Source of the DNA: Vicinamibacterales bacterium | GTDB lineage: Bacteria > Acidobacteriota > Vicinamibacteria > Vicinamibacterales > SCN-69-37 | Direction: 5' to 3' | Length of the DNA: 64,000 nt | Assembly (NCBI GenBank): GCA_036675475.1 | Contig: JAKFEY010000020.1 | Span: 6,274-70,273 of the forward strand | Shown here: one piece after another, positions 27,388 through 35,698 of the stretch | Layout: each line of letters begins with the position of its first letter | How positions within the stretch are numbered: position 1 is the first letter of the stretch | Notes under the pieces: generated by a model | The model's database searches: none | The model's input: the letters and a program-made list of their open reading frames with translations, nothing else | Told to the model about the DNA's origin: nothing | Translations under genes and position numbers: made by a program

Positions 27388-27461
27388 GCGCCCGTAGCTC
27401 AGTTGGATAGAGCACCGGCCTTCTAAGCCGGGGGTCCCAGGTTCGAGCCCTGGCGGGCGCG
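27388..27461 (+). tRNA. tRNA-Arg(TCT), CCA not encoded
   Basis: GCGCCCGTAGCTCAGTTGGATAGAGC; anticodon arm CCGGC-CTTCTAA-GCCGG; TACAAT at 27374-27379 upstream. Confidence 0.95.
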
Positions 27462-27743
27462 CTTGCCTGAGTTCCGACCCGCCTGCGTCGCGGCCCGCCA
27501 TCTCGCGGCTCGCGCAACACACCTCCGGCAGATCTCGCTGCCCCCGTTTCCACCAGCGCACATCGACCTGCCCTGTGCGCGGGCGTCTCGCACGTGTGCC
27601 CCACGCGCACAGGTGTGCGCCTTCTCACCTTTCTGGGATCTCTGTAAAGCCTTCTATTTACTGGGTTTCTTCCTCGACGACCGTCCGGCACGGCTCCCGC
27701 AGTAGCGAGGTGCGCGGGATTGGCCGCTGAGGAAGAAGAAGTC

Positions 27744-28224
27744 ATGAAGAAGTTCTGGATCGCCTGTGTCGTCGCCGTCGCCCTCTTCGTTCCGGCCGTT
27801 GCTCAGGCCCAGAACCCGCTCAGCTCGGACATTCGCACGCGCGCGCTGCTGGCCGTCGACACCGCCACCGTGCGGGCGACGCCCGCCGCCATCGACGCAC
27901 GTGATCTCGAACGGCGGTTGTTCGGGGAAAAGCGGTCGTCCGTCCTCTTGTCACTGTATGGCTCGCTCGCCGCTCTGAACGCCGCCGATGTCATCACGAC
28001 ACGGAAAGCCATCGCCCGGGGCGGACATGAACTGAATCCGATCATGCAGGACGCGGCGGGCAACACGATGGTGATGTCCGGCGTCAAGGTCGCCACGACC
28101 GCCGCGAGTCCTCATGATCGATCGGATCGGCAAGAAGAACCGCCGCGCAGGTGTGATTACCGCACTCGTGGCCAACGGATTGATGGCCGCCGTCGTCGCA
28201 CACAACGTCCGCCAGCTGCGCTGA
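27744..28224 (+). pseudogene. Frameshifted DUF5658-like membrane/secreted protein
   Basis: Frame 1 runs to ...KVATTAA. After one extra base near 28107 the shifted frame gives VLMIDRIGKKNRRAGVITALVANGLMAAVVAHNVRQLR*, a plausible hydrophobic C-terminus. May be an assembly error. Confidence 0.6.
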
Positions 28225-28323
28225 CCGCTCCACGTCGGTGAGCGTAAGGGCGGCTGCCGTATCGGCCGCAACGGGGGCACGCACGCCCCGCGCGGCCAGG
28301 CAGCGCCGGAGCCCTGGCGGCCC

Positions 28324-30069
28324 TCACTTCCCGCCGGCGTGCATCGCCATCAGCAGAATCGCCGACGCCGTGCCATCCATCGTCGGCTCGTTGGTCGAGT
28401 AGTCCTGCCAGTCGTCGTGATACACGGCCTGCTCACTCTGGAAATCCGCGAAGGCGTCGGGACGCGAGAGCGCCACGCCTTTGAGCGACGCGAAGATTGA
28501 GGAGTGCACGGGCCCGTCGACCAGCCCGCCGGCAACCATCTGCTTTGTGAGCTGGAACCAGGGGATGTGCACGTCGGCCGGCGAGACCGCGCCGATGCCG
28601 GTGAACATGGACGCGCCCCAGGGATTGGCGCCAAACAGCCAGTCGCGCTGCCGCGCGGTGAACGCGCGATAGGCGCGCGAGCCCGTCATGCGCTCGTACA
28701 GCATGCCCTGCGTGGCGAGCGCGACCACGAGGTTGTTCGAGCACCAGATGAAGGGCACGCCGATGCGCCACGGATTGCGCGCGCCCATGGCGACCGACGC
28801 GTCGAGGCCCGTCTTGTAATACGCGGGGAAGCCGGCCCGATAGTGGCCCGCGTTCATGAAGGGATAGAACTCGTAGTGCAGCGCCGTGTCGCGCCCCATC
28901 CATGATGTGGCGCCGATCCGGCGCGCATACCGCGCGGCGTCGGCGCGATACGAGGCGTCGCCGGTGGCGCGATGCAGCTCCGACGCGCCCCATTCCATGT
29001 CGTCGGCCCACGTGTTCTCGTTGTAGCGATACGGGGAGCTGTACGAGTTGCCCTGCTGCACGCCTTCCTGCTTCTTGCCGAGGGCGTAGACCTCGCGCGC
29101 GGCGCGAAGGCAGCGGCGGGCGAAGGCCGCCTCGCGCGGATCGTCCTTCCAGATCTGATACGCCAGCGCCATCGCGGCCGCGTAACGGCCCGCGATGTTG
29201 GCCACGCCGGTCGACTCGCTCTTGTACTTGCCCACGCCCTGCGGCGCGCCGGTCGCGAAATAGGTGACGCGATAGCTGCCCTTGCCCCAGCCATAGTCGG
29301 ACTGATCGTCCTGCGGCAGGCGCCATCCTGAGTGATCGCGATCGTCGGCAACCATGTGATACAGCTCGCCGGCCGACGGATGCAGGCGCAGCATCCAGTC
29401 GAGTCCCCACCGCGCCTCGTCAAGCACGTCGGGCCGGCCGTTGGCCGCCGGCTGGCCGAGATCGTTCGTGCGGTCGTTCCAGAACTGCGGCGCGATGCGA
29501 TAGGCGAGCAGCAGCTGCGCCGTCGCATTGCTCGACGTGATCAGGTACTTGAGGGTGTCGCCGGCGTCGTGCCATCCCCCGTGCGCGGGCAGGAAGCTGC
29601 CGGCCGGGCGCGGCCCGTCGACGGTGCGCCCATCGAAACGGTGACAGACCACGTCGAGGAAGGGGTTGTAGCCGCAGCGCTGCGACCGCATGAAGCCGAG
29701 CATCAGGTCGGCGGCGCCGGCAAACACGCCGGGGCCAATCTCGAACGGATGCGACTCGACGCCACCGATGCGCACGCGATAGTGGCCCGGCGCGCGCACC
29801 GCCGAGAAATCGAGATCGGCATGCGAGGTGAAGCGCCCCCACGCCTGCGCGCCGCCGCGCGCCACGGCGCCTCGATGGACGATGGCGCCCGCCGCATCGA
29901 CGACTTCGAACCGGTCGGGGATCGCACCGGCCGAAAACGCGACCGCGATCTTCGAATCGCCCGGCAGGTATCCCAGCTGGCTGGCGCGCACGTGAAGGGT
30001 GTCGGCCTGCCCCGGCGCGAATGCGGAAGCGCCGGCCAGGGCGAGGACAAGTCGCGCAATGCGAAGCAT
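28324..30069 (-). CDS. Glycoside hydrolase family 9 with N-terminal Ig-like domain
   Basis: SQLGYLPGDSK, GGWHDAGD, DEARWGLDW, WADDMEWGA, DWLFGANPW and NEPTMDGTA; signal peptide. Confidence 0.92.
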   Translation of the reverse strand: MLRIARLVLALAGASAFAPGQADTLHVRASQLGYLPGDSKIAVAFSAGAIPDRFEVVDAAGAIVHRGAVARGGAQAWGRFTSHADLDFSAVRAPGHYRVRIGGVESHPFEIGPGVFAGAADLMLGFMRSQRCGYNPFLDVVCHRFDGRTVDGPRPAGSFLPAHGGWHDAGDTLKYLITSSNATAQLLLAYRIAPQFWNDRTNDLGQPAANGRPDVLDEARWGLDWMLRLHPSAGELYHMVADDRDHSGWRLPQDDQSDYGWGKGSYRVTYFATGAPQGVGKYKSESTGVANIAGRYAAAMALAYQIWKDDPREAAFARRCLRAAREVYALGKKQEGVQQGNSYSSPYRYNENTWADDMEWGASELHRATGDASYRADAARYARRIGATSWMGRDTALHYEFYPFMNAGHYRAGFPAYYKTGLDASVAMGARNPWRIGVPFIWCSNNLVVALATQGMLYERMTGSRAYRAFTARQRDWLFGANPWGASMFTGIGAVSPADVHIPWFQLTKQMVAGGLVDGPVHSSIFASLKGVALSRPDAFADFQSEQAVYHDDWQDYSTNEPTMDGTASAILLMAMHAGGK

Positions 30070-30114
30070 GCGCGCCATTCTACGCGCGGGCCGATGCCGC
30101 GATACATTTGAAGG

Positions 30115-30954
30115 ATGGCAAAGACGAAGTTGCTCTCAGGCGGCAACCCGCAAATCGCGAAAGCCGACGGCAACGCGCCGGTGCAGGCCTACATCGCGGC
30201 CATGCCGGGGTGGAAACGTGGCGTCGGCAAGCGGCTCGACGCGCTGATCACCCGCACCGTGCCGGGCGTGCAGAAGGCCGTGAAGTGGAACTCGCCGTTC
30301 TACGGCATCGAGGGCCGCGGATGGTTCCTGTCGTTCCATGTCTTCACGCGCTACGTGAAGGTGACGTTCTTCCGCGGCAGCGACTTGCGGCCGGCGCCAC
30401 CGGGGCCGAGCAAGGACAAGCACGTGCGCTATCTCGACATTCACGAAGACGATGAGTTCGACGAGAAGCAGATCGCGTCGTGGGTGAAACAGGCGGCGGC
30501 GCTGCCAGGCTGGATGGCGGCTTCGCCGAAGCCGAAAGCCGCAAAGCCGAACGCCGCAAAGCTGAACGCCGCGAAGTCGCAGGAGTCGCGCGCCGGTGAC
30601 TGGCGCAAAGAGACGCTCGACCGCATGCGCGCGCTGATTCTGGAAGCCGATCCAGCGATGACCGAAGAGCGCAAGTGGCGCAAGCCCACTAATCCGGCAG
30701 GCGTCCCCGTCTGGTCTCACCACGGCATCGTCTGCACCGGCGAGACGTACAAGAACGCCGTGAAGCTGACGTTCGCGTACGGCGCCGAGCTTCCCGATCC
30801 GTCGCGCCTTTTCAACGCCAGCCTGGACGGCAACATGCGGCGCGCCATCGATATCGGTGAGGGCGAAGCGGTCAACGCGCGCGCGTTCAAGGCGCTCGTG
30901 AAGGCGGCCGTCGCCCGCAACGCCGCAGCCGCGAAGAAAAAGGACGGACGATGA
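30115..30954 (+). CDS. Tandem DUF1801 (YdhG-like) domain protein
   Basis: Domain 1 has KAVKWNSPFY and VKVTFF.G; domain 2 has EERKW..P.GVPVWSH.GIVCTGETYK..VKLTFA.GA.L.DP. Confidence 0.82.
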   Translation: MAKTKLLSGGNPQIAKADGNAPVQAYIAAMPGWKRGVGKRLDALITRTVPGVQKAVKWNSPFYGIEGRGWFLSFHVFTRYVKVTFFRGSDLRPAPPGPSKDKHVRYLDIHEDDEFDEKQIASWVKQAAALPGWMAASPKPKAAKPNAAKLNAAKSQESRAGDWRKETLDRMRALILEADPAMTEERKWRKPTNPAGVPVWSHHGIVCTGETYKNAVKLTFAYGAELPDPSRLFNASLDGNMRRAIDIGEGEAVNARAFKALVKAAVARNAAAAKKKDGR

Positions 30955-31391
30955 CGAGCCGCGTGATTCAGGAAGGCGATCAGAAGACGTACATGGTGGT
31001 GTTCGAGGCGGGCGAGGAAGTCACGGCGGGCCTGCTCGCGTTTGCCAACGAACAGCATCTGTCGGCCGCGCACCTCACCGCGATCGGCGCCTTCGAGCGC
31101 GTGACGCTCGCGTTCTTCGATCTCCAGACGAAGGAGTACCGGAAGATTCCGGTCAACGAGCAGGTGGAGCTGCTCTCGCTCACCGGCAACATCGCCCTCG
31201 ATGAAGAGAACAAGCCGAAGCTCCATGCGCACGTCGTCATCGGCAAAGCCGACGGCACGGCGCATGGCGGGCACCTGCTCGAGGCGTATGCACGGCCCAC
31301 GGTCGAGGCCGTCGTGGTGGCATCGTCGGGCAGCCTGCGCCGCCGGATGCGTCCGGAGTTCGGTCTCGCGCTGCTCGATCTCTCCGACTAG
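30951..31391 (+). CDS. PPC/DUF296 domain putative DNA-binding protein
   Basis: TAIGAF...LAFFD, ELLSLTGNI, LHAHVVIG..DGTAHGGHL and PTVE. Confidence 0.88.
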   Translation: MTSRVIQEGDQKTYMVVFEAGEEVTAGLLAFANEQHLSAAHLTAIGAFERVTLAFFDLQTKEYRKIPVNEQVELLSLTGNIALDEENKPKLHAHVVIGKADGTAHGGHLLEAYARPTVEAVVVASSGSLRRRMRPEFGLALLDLSD

Positions 31392-31416
31392 CGCGCTATC
31401 GCGCCGGCGCGGCGAG

Positions 31417-33297
31417 CTATCGCACCGACAGGCGGAACGCCGCCATCTCCTGGCCGTTGCGCACGAGCAACAGGTCGCCTGTCACCACCGGATGGTTCCA
31501 GGTCTTGCCCTCGAGCGCGGGCACTTTCGCGATTTCGGTGAACTTGTCGGGCGTGGCGCTCACGAGCACGAGCTCGCCGTCCTCCGAAAGCACGAGCAGC
31601 AGATCCTGATCGGGCAGCAGCACCATCTGGCCGTTGCCGTACCGTCCGCCCTTCCACTTGCGCTTGCCGTCGGAGAGGTCGATGCTCGCCAGGATGTTGC
31701 CGTCGAAGCCGTACGCGTGGCCTTCGTGTACGACGTAGTCATTGAAGTACGGTTTCAAGCCGTTCGACGTCCAGCGATCCTCGACCATCCACTTGCCGTC
31801 GCGCTGTTTTGGCGCGATGCGCTGCATGTTGTTGCCGCCCGTCATGCCATTGCCGCTGACGAGCAGGCTGCCGTCAGGCATGATGGCCGGCTGCACGATC
31901 GCGCTGCCGTCCAGGGTCCGGCGCCAGAGTTCGGTACCGTCATCCGGGTTGACTCCTACGGCGCCGCCCGCACTCAGGAACACGACCTGTGTGACGCCGT
32001 CGATGGTCATCAGATGCGGCGAGCTGTAGCCGCCGCCCGTCGACGCCATCATCCAGCGCAGCGTGCCGGTGCCGCGCTCATACGCCGCAAGCGCGCCCGA
32101 GGCCGCGACGATGACGAGATCGCCGGTCACCAGGGGCGATGCCGCGAAGCCCCATCCCGGCGTTTCCACCTTGGTGTCGGCCGACACGTTGCGCGTCCAG
32201 ATCACCGCGCCCGTACGGGCATTGAGGGCGTTCACGATGCCGGTGGCGCCGAGGGAGTAGAGGCGTCCGCCGCTCAGCGTGGGCGTGGCGCGCGGGCCGG
32301 CGCCGCCATTCGATTCGTAGAACCGCACCGGATCGCCATGGCGCCACACGGCCTCGCCGGTCGACACTTTGTAGCAGGACACGATCTCCTGCTCGCCACG
32401 CTGTTCCTGCGTGTAGAGCAGATCGCCCTGCACCGCGAATGACGACCAGCCAGGTCCGATCGGCTTGCGCCACACCGCCGCAGGCGGCGACGCCGTCCAG
32501 TCGCTCGCGATGCGCAGGCCGGGAATGGCGCCGTTGCGGAGCGGGCCGCGGAAGCCAGGCCAGGCGGCGGGTTCGAGAGGTTCGAGGGGTTCGAGGGGTT
32601 CGACAGGTTCGGATTCGGGTTCGGCAGGTTCGCCGGGTTCCGCAGGTTCGCCGGGTTCCGCAGGTTCCGGCACGCCGGGGCGATCGACTGGTGTCGGTTC
32701 GATGCGCGCGGCGGTGGGCGGCGCGGGTAGCGTCTCGTGCTGTGTCTGGGCCAGCAGGCGCTGTTCGGGCGTCGGGGTCCAGCGCAGGTGGAAGTCGGAG
32801 CCGAGCAGGTTGTTGGCGACGCCGCCGGTGCGCAGCAGCGTCCACAGGCCGGCGCCGATGATCACGGCGGCGGCGACGACGACGCGTCGCGCGGTTGCCG
32901 GCATGCGGCGCGCGGCGACGACGCCGAGGACGAGCGCGAGGGCGGCGCTCGAGGGGCCGTACATCACGAAGAGCATGCCCATGCCGCCGCCGGCAATCGA
33001 TACGTGCAGCAGCGGGTACGTCGCAGCGAGCGCCGCGGTCAGGAGTACGAAGATGCCGAGCCGCTCTTTTCCAGGCGCGCGGCTCAGGAACAGCCACCAC
33101 ACGAGGATCGCGAGCGTCGCGACCATCGACGCCATCAGGCCTGCCAGTGCGAGGTCGGGCAGTACGGCCGGCAGTACGAGACGGCCAATGACGAGCACGG
33201 CCGCGGCGGCAACGCCCGGCCAGAGTCGGAGCGGCTTTTCAGTTGTCACAGGTGTTCCGCTTAGACGGCCGCCGGCATCCGCGGGTTCCACTTGCAT
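31417..33297 (-). CDS. Membrane-anchored PQQ-like (BamB-like) beta-propeller protein
   Basis: N-terminal TMs, EP-rich linker, WPGFRGP.RNG, GWSS, GPRATPT, ASPLV, GGYSSP and KTWNHPVV; start uncertain. Confidence 0.85.
   Translation of the reverse strand: MQVEPADAGGRLSGTPVTTEKPLRLWPGVAAAAVLVIGRLVLPAVLPDLALAGLMASMVATLAILVWWLFLSRAPGKERLGIFVLLTAALAATYPLLHVSIAGGGMGMLFVMYGPSSAALALVLGVVAARRMPATARRVVVAAAVIIGAGLWTLLRTGGVANNLLGSDFHLRWTPTPEQRLLAQTQHETLPAPPTAARIEPTPVDRPGVPEPAEPGEPAEPGEPAEPESEPVEPLEPLEPLEPAAWPGFRGPLRNGAIPGLRIASDWTASPPAAVWRKPIGPGWSSFAVQGDLLYTQEQRGEQEIVSCYKVSTGEAVWRHGDPVRFYESNGGAGPRATPTLSGGRLYSLGATGIVNALNARTGAVIWTRNVSADTKVETPGWGFAASPLVTGDLVIVAASGALAAYERGTGTLRWMMASTGGGYSSPHLMTIDGVTQVVFLSAGGAVGVNPDDGTELWRRTLDGSAIVQPAIMPDGSLLVSGNGMTGGNNMQRIAPKQRDGKWMVEDRWTSNGLKPYFNDYVVHEGHAYGFDGNILASIDLSDGKRKWKGGRYGNGQMVLLPDQDLLLVLSEDGELVLVSATPDKFTEIAKVPALEGKTWNHPVVTGDLLLVRNGQEMAAFRLSVR
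32571..32670. repeat. 9/18-bp tandem repeats encoding a Glu-Pro linker
   Basis: GGTTCGAGG and GGTTCGCCGGGTTCCGCA units giving EPAEPGEPAEPGEPAEPESEPVEPLEPLEPLEP. Confidence 0.8.
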
Positions 33298-33371
33298 CAG
33301 CCTGGCGGCAGGCGTAGTCTCTGCGCACACTCCCCACGGACACCTTTAACCCTTCGCAAAGGGAGGTCTTC

Positions 33372-34448
33372 GTGCGCCTCGATTCCGCCCGGGATCTGAA
33401 GCGGGAGCTGCTCGATCGCATCGTCAATCCCATTGCCATGCGCACGGCTGAAGTGCGGACGGCCGGCGCGCGCGCGCTCCGCTCCGCCGCGCCGCCGCTC
33501 GACGGCGAGGACGCGTCGTTCGAGGGCATGGGGGCGCACACGCTGGCGACCATTCCCGACATTCAACGCACGCTCGCGCTGGGTGTGGCGCCGTTCCGCC
33601 GCGAGTATCGCCTTGCCATTCGGCTGCAGAGGCCCGCCCTGCGCGACAGCGCGCTCGTCACGCACCTGATGCAGCAGGCGCGCGGCGAAGTCGACGTGCG
33701 GCTCGTCGGCCGCATCGACAAACGTGCCGCGGCCGCTTCGCCGCCGTGGTACCGGCGGAACACGCGGCCGCTGCTGATTGGCGCATCGGTCGGGCACGGC
33801 ATGGTGACGGCCGGCACGATCGGCGCGTTCGTGCGGCGCGACGGCGCGACGTGCGTGCTGTCGAACAATCACGTGCTCGCGAATGAGGATCGCGCCTCGG
33901 CCGGCGACGCCATCCTGCAGCGCGCCAGGTTCGATGGCGGCAGGATGAGAACCGACGCAATCGCGCGGCTCGGCGCCACCGTGCGGCTCAAGCGCCGCGC
34001 CGCCAACGAGGTGGACGCCGCGCTGGCGGTGCTGAAAGACGGCGCGCGGTATGACGCGCGGCGGCTTCGCGCCATCGTGGGCGGACACGATCGCCGCCTG
34101 AACGGCCTCGGGCCCGAGTTCATCGACGAGGGATCGATCGTCTACAAGATCGGCCGCACGACGGGCGCCACGAAAGGGCGCGTCACGGCGTTCGATCTCG
34201 ACAACGTGGTGGTCAACTACGAGATCGGCAACCTGCGGTTCGACGGGCAGATCGAGATCGAAGGCATCGGCGCGCAGCCGTTCAGCGACGGCGGCGACAG
34301 CGGCGCGCTCATCGTCAACAGCCGGATGCAGGCGGTGGCGCTCCTGTTTGCGGGCAGCGATACGGGCGGGCGGCGCGGCGGCGGGCTGACGTTTGCCAAC
34401 CCGATCCACCGCGTGCTGGCCGATCTCGGGGCGGCGCTCTTGTCGTAG
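33372..34448 (+). CDS. NAL1-like trypsin-fold (S1) serine protease, no signal peptide
   Basis: GTIGAFV, LSNNHVLA (His), VDAALA (Asp), KIGRTTG.T.G and FSDGGDSGALIV (Ser); RBS GGAGG. Confidence 0.85.
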   Translation: MRLDSARDLKRELLDRIVNPIAMRTAEVRTAGARALRSAAPPLDGEDASFEGMGAHTLATIPDIQRTLALGVAPFRREYRLAIRLQRPALRDSALVTHLMQQARGEVDVRLVGRIDKRAAAASPPWYRRNTRPLLIGASVGHGMVTAGTIGAFVRRDGATCVLSNNHVLANEDRASAGDAILQRARFDGGRMRTDAIARLGATVRLKRRAANEVDAALAVLKDGARYDARRLRAIVGGHDRRLNGLGPEFIDEGSIVYKIGRTTGATKGRVTAFDLDNVVVNYEIGNLRFDGQIEIEGIGAQPFSDGGDSGALIVNSRMQAVALLFAGSDTGGRRGGGLTFANPIHRVLADLGAALLS

Positions 34449-34477
34449 ATCGCGATCGAGGCGATCATGAGGCCGTC

Positions 34478-34699
34478 ATGCCTCAGGTGTCACTCGCGCG
34501 GGCGCAGGCGGCCAAGAAAGCGGCCGTGAAGCGCTTCGGCGGCCTCGCGCCGGTCACCGGTGTCGGGATCACACGCGTCGACGGCGCGTATGCCGTGAAG
34601 GTGAATCTGAGCGAGCCGGTCGAGCGCGGCACCCTGCCGTCGAGCATCGACGGCGTGCGGCTGTGCGTTGAAGTGATCGGCCGCATCCGCAAACGGTAG
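34478..34699 (+). CDS. Small protein resembling the N-terminal domain of the upstream protease
   Basis: VTGVGI...YAVKVNL...LPSSIDGV...VEVIGRIRKR; RBS GAGG. Confidence 0.78.
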   Translation: MPQVSLARAQAAKKAAVKRFGGLAPVTGVGITRVDGAYAVKVNLSEPVERGTLPSSIDGVRLCVEVIGRIRKR

Positions 34700-34702
34700 C
34701 GG

Positions 34703-34726
34703 GTAGCGCAGGCCTTTCGGCCTGCG
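34703..34726 (+). repeat. GTAG-type REP-like palindrome
   Basis: GTAG-CGCAGGCC-TTTC-GGCCTGCG, perfect 8-bp stem. Confidence 0.72.
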
Positions 34727-34735
34727 GGAGGCTGC

Positions 34736-35680
34736 ATGACACGACCATCAAACCGCAAGTCCGCAGTCGCCGGCGAACAGCTCGCGCGCAAGGTGGCGCG
34801 CGTGCGCAAGGCCGCGCTGCGCCGCCGCGCTGAGGCCATCACCGCCGCTCCGCGCCGCGCGCGCGCGCGCGACGCAGTGATCGATCCGCGCTTCATCCGC
34901 GCCGCCGGCACCAAAGGCGTCGCGACGCTCGTGGCCGAAGGCGACTCCTGGTTCGACTATCTCTGGTACGACGTGCTCGACATGCTCGAGAGCGAGCATG
35001 GCTACGACGTGGAGTCCGTGGCGGGCAAAGGCGATCGCATCGAGGACATGGCCTATGGCGGCGGCCAGCTGGCGAACTTCAGGAAGGTGCTCGAGAAGCT
35101 GCTGCGGCGCGAAGAGCTGCCGAAGGCGGTGCTGCTGTCGGGCGGCGGCAACGACATCGCGGGCACGGAGTTCGCGATGCTGCTCGACCATGCCGCCTCG
35201 GCCGCGCCGGGGTTCAACGACGACGTCATCCGCGGCGTGATCGACGTGCGCATCCGCAACGCGTATGTCGCGATCCTCGCGGCCGTGACGGAGCTGTGCC
35301 AATCGACAACTGGGCACACCATTCCGATTCTCGTGCACGGTTACGACCGGCCGGTGCCCGACGGGCGCGGGTTCGCGGGCGGATGGCCGTTCCCCGGTCC
35401 GTGGCTGCGTCCCGGCTTTCACGAGAAGGGCTACATGACGCTCGGCCGCAACACGCAGATGATCGGATCGCTGATCGACCGCTTCAACACAATGCTGAGG
35501 CGCGTCGCCGCCGACGCGCGCTTTCCGCACGTGCGCTACGTGGATCTTCGCGGCACGCTGTCGCGCGGCGAGGCCTACGCCGACTGGTGGGGCAACGAGC
35601 TGCATCCAACCGCCCGCGGATTTCGCGCGGTTGCGAAGAAATTCGCGGATGAGTTGGCGCGGAACGCCCGGCGCGGTTGA
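34736..35680 (+). CDS. SGNH/GDSL hydrolase with Arg-rich N-terminal extension
   Basis: AEGDSWF (block I), SGGGND (block III), HGYD and NELHP (block V); no signal peptide. Confidence 0.85.
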   Translation: MTRPSNRKSAVAGEQLARKVARVRKAALRRRAEAITAAPRRARARDAVIDPRFIRAAGTKGVATLVAEGDSWFDYLWYDVLDMLESEHGYDVESVAGKGDRIEDMAYGGGQLANFRKVLEKLLRREELPKAVLLSGGGNDIAGTEFAMLLDHAASAAPGFNDDVIRGVIDVRIRNAYVAILAAVTELCQSTTGHTIPILVHGYDRPVPDGRGFAGGWPFPGPWLRPGFHEKGYMTLGRNTQMIGSLIDRFNTMLRRVAADARFPHVRYVDLRGTLSRGEAYADWWGNELHPTARGFRAVAKKFADELARNARRG

Positions 35681-35698
35681 TGCATCCAACGGGATGGA

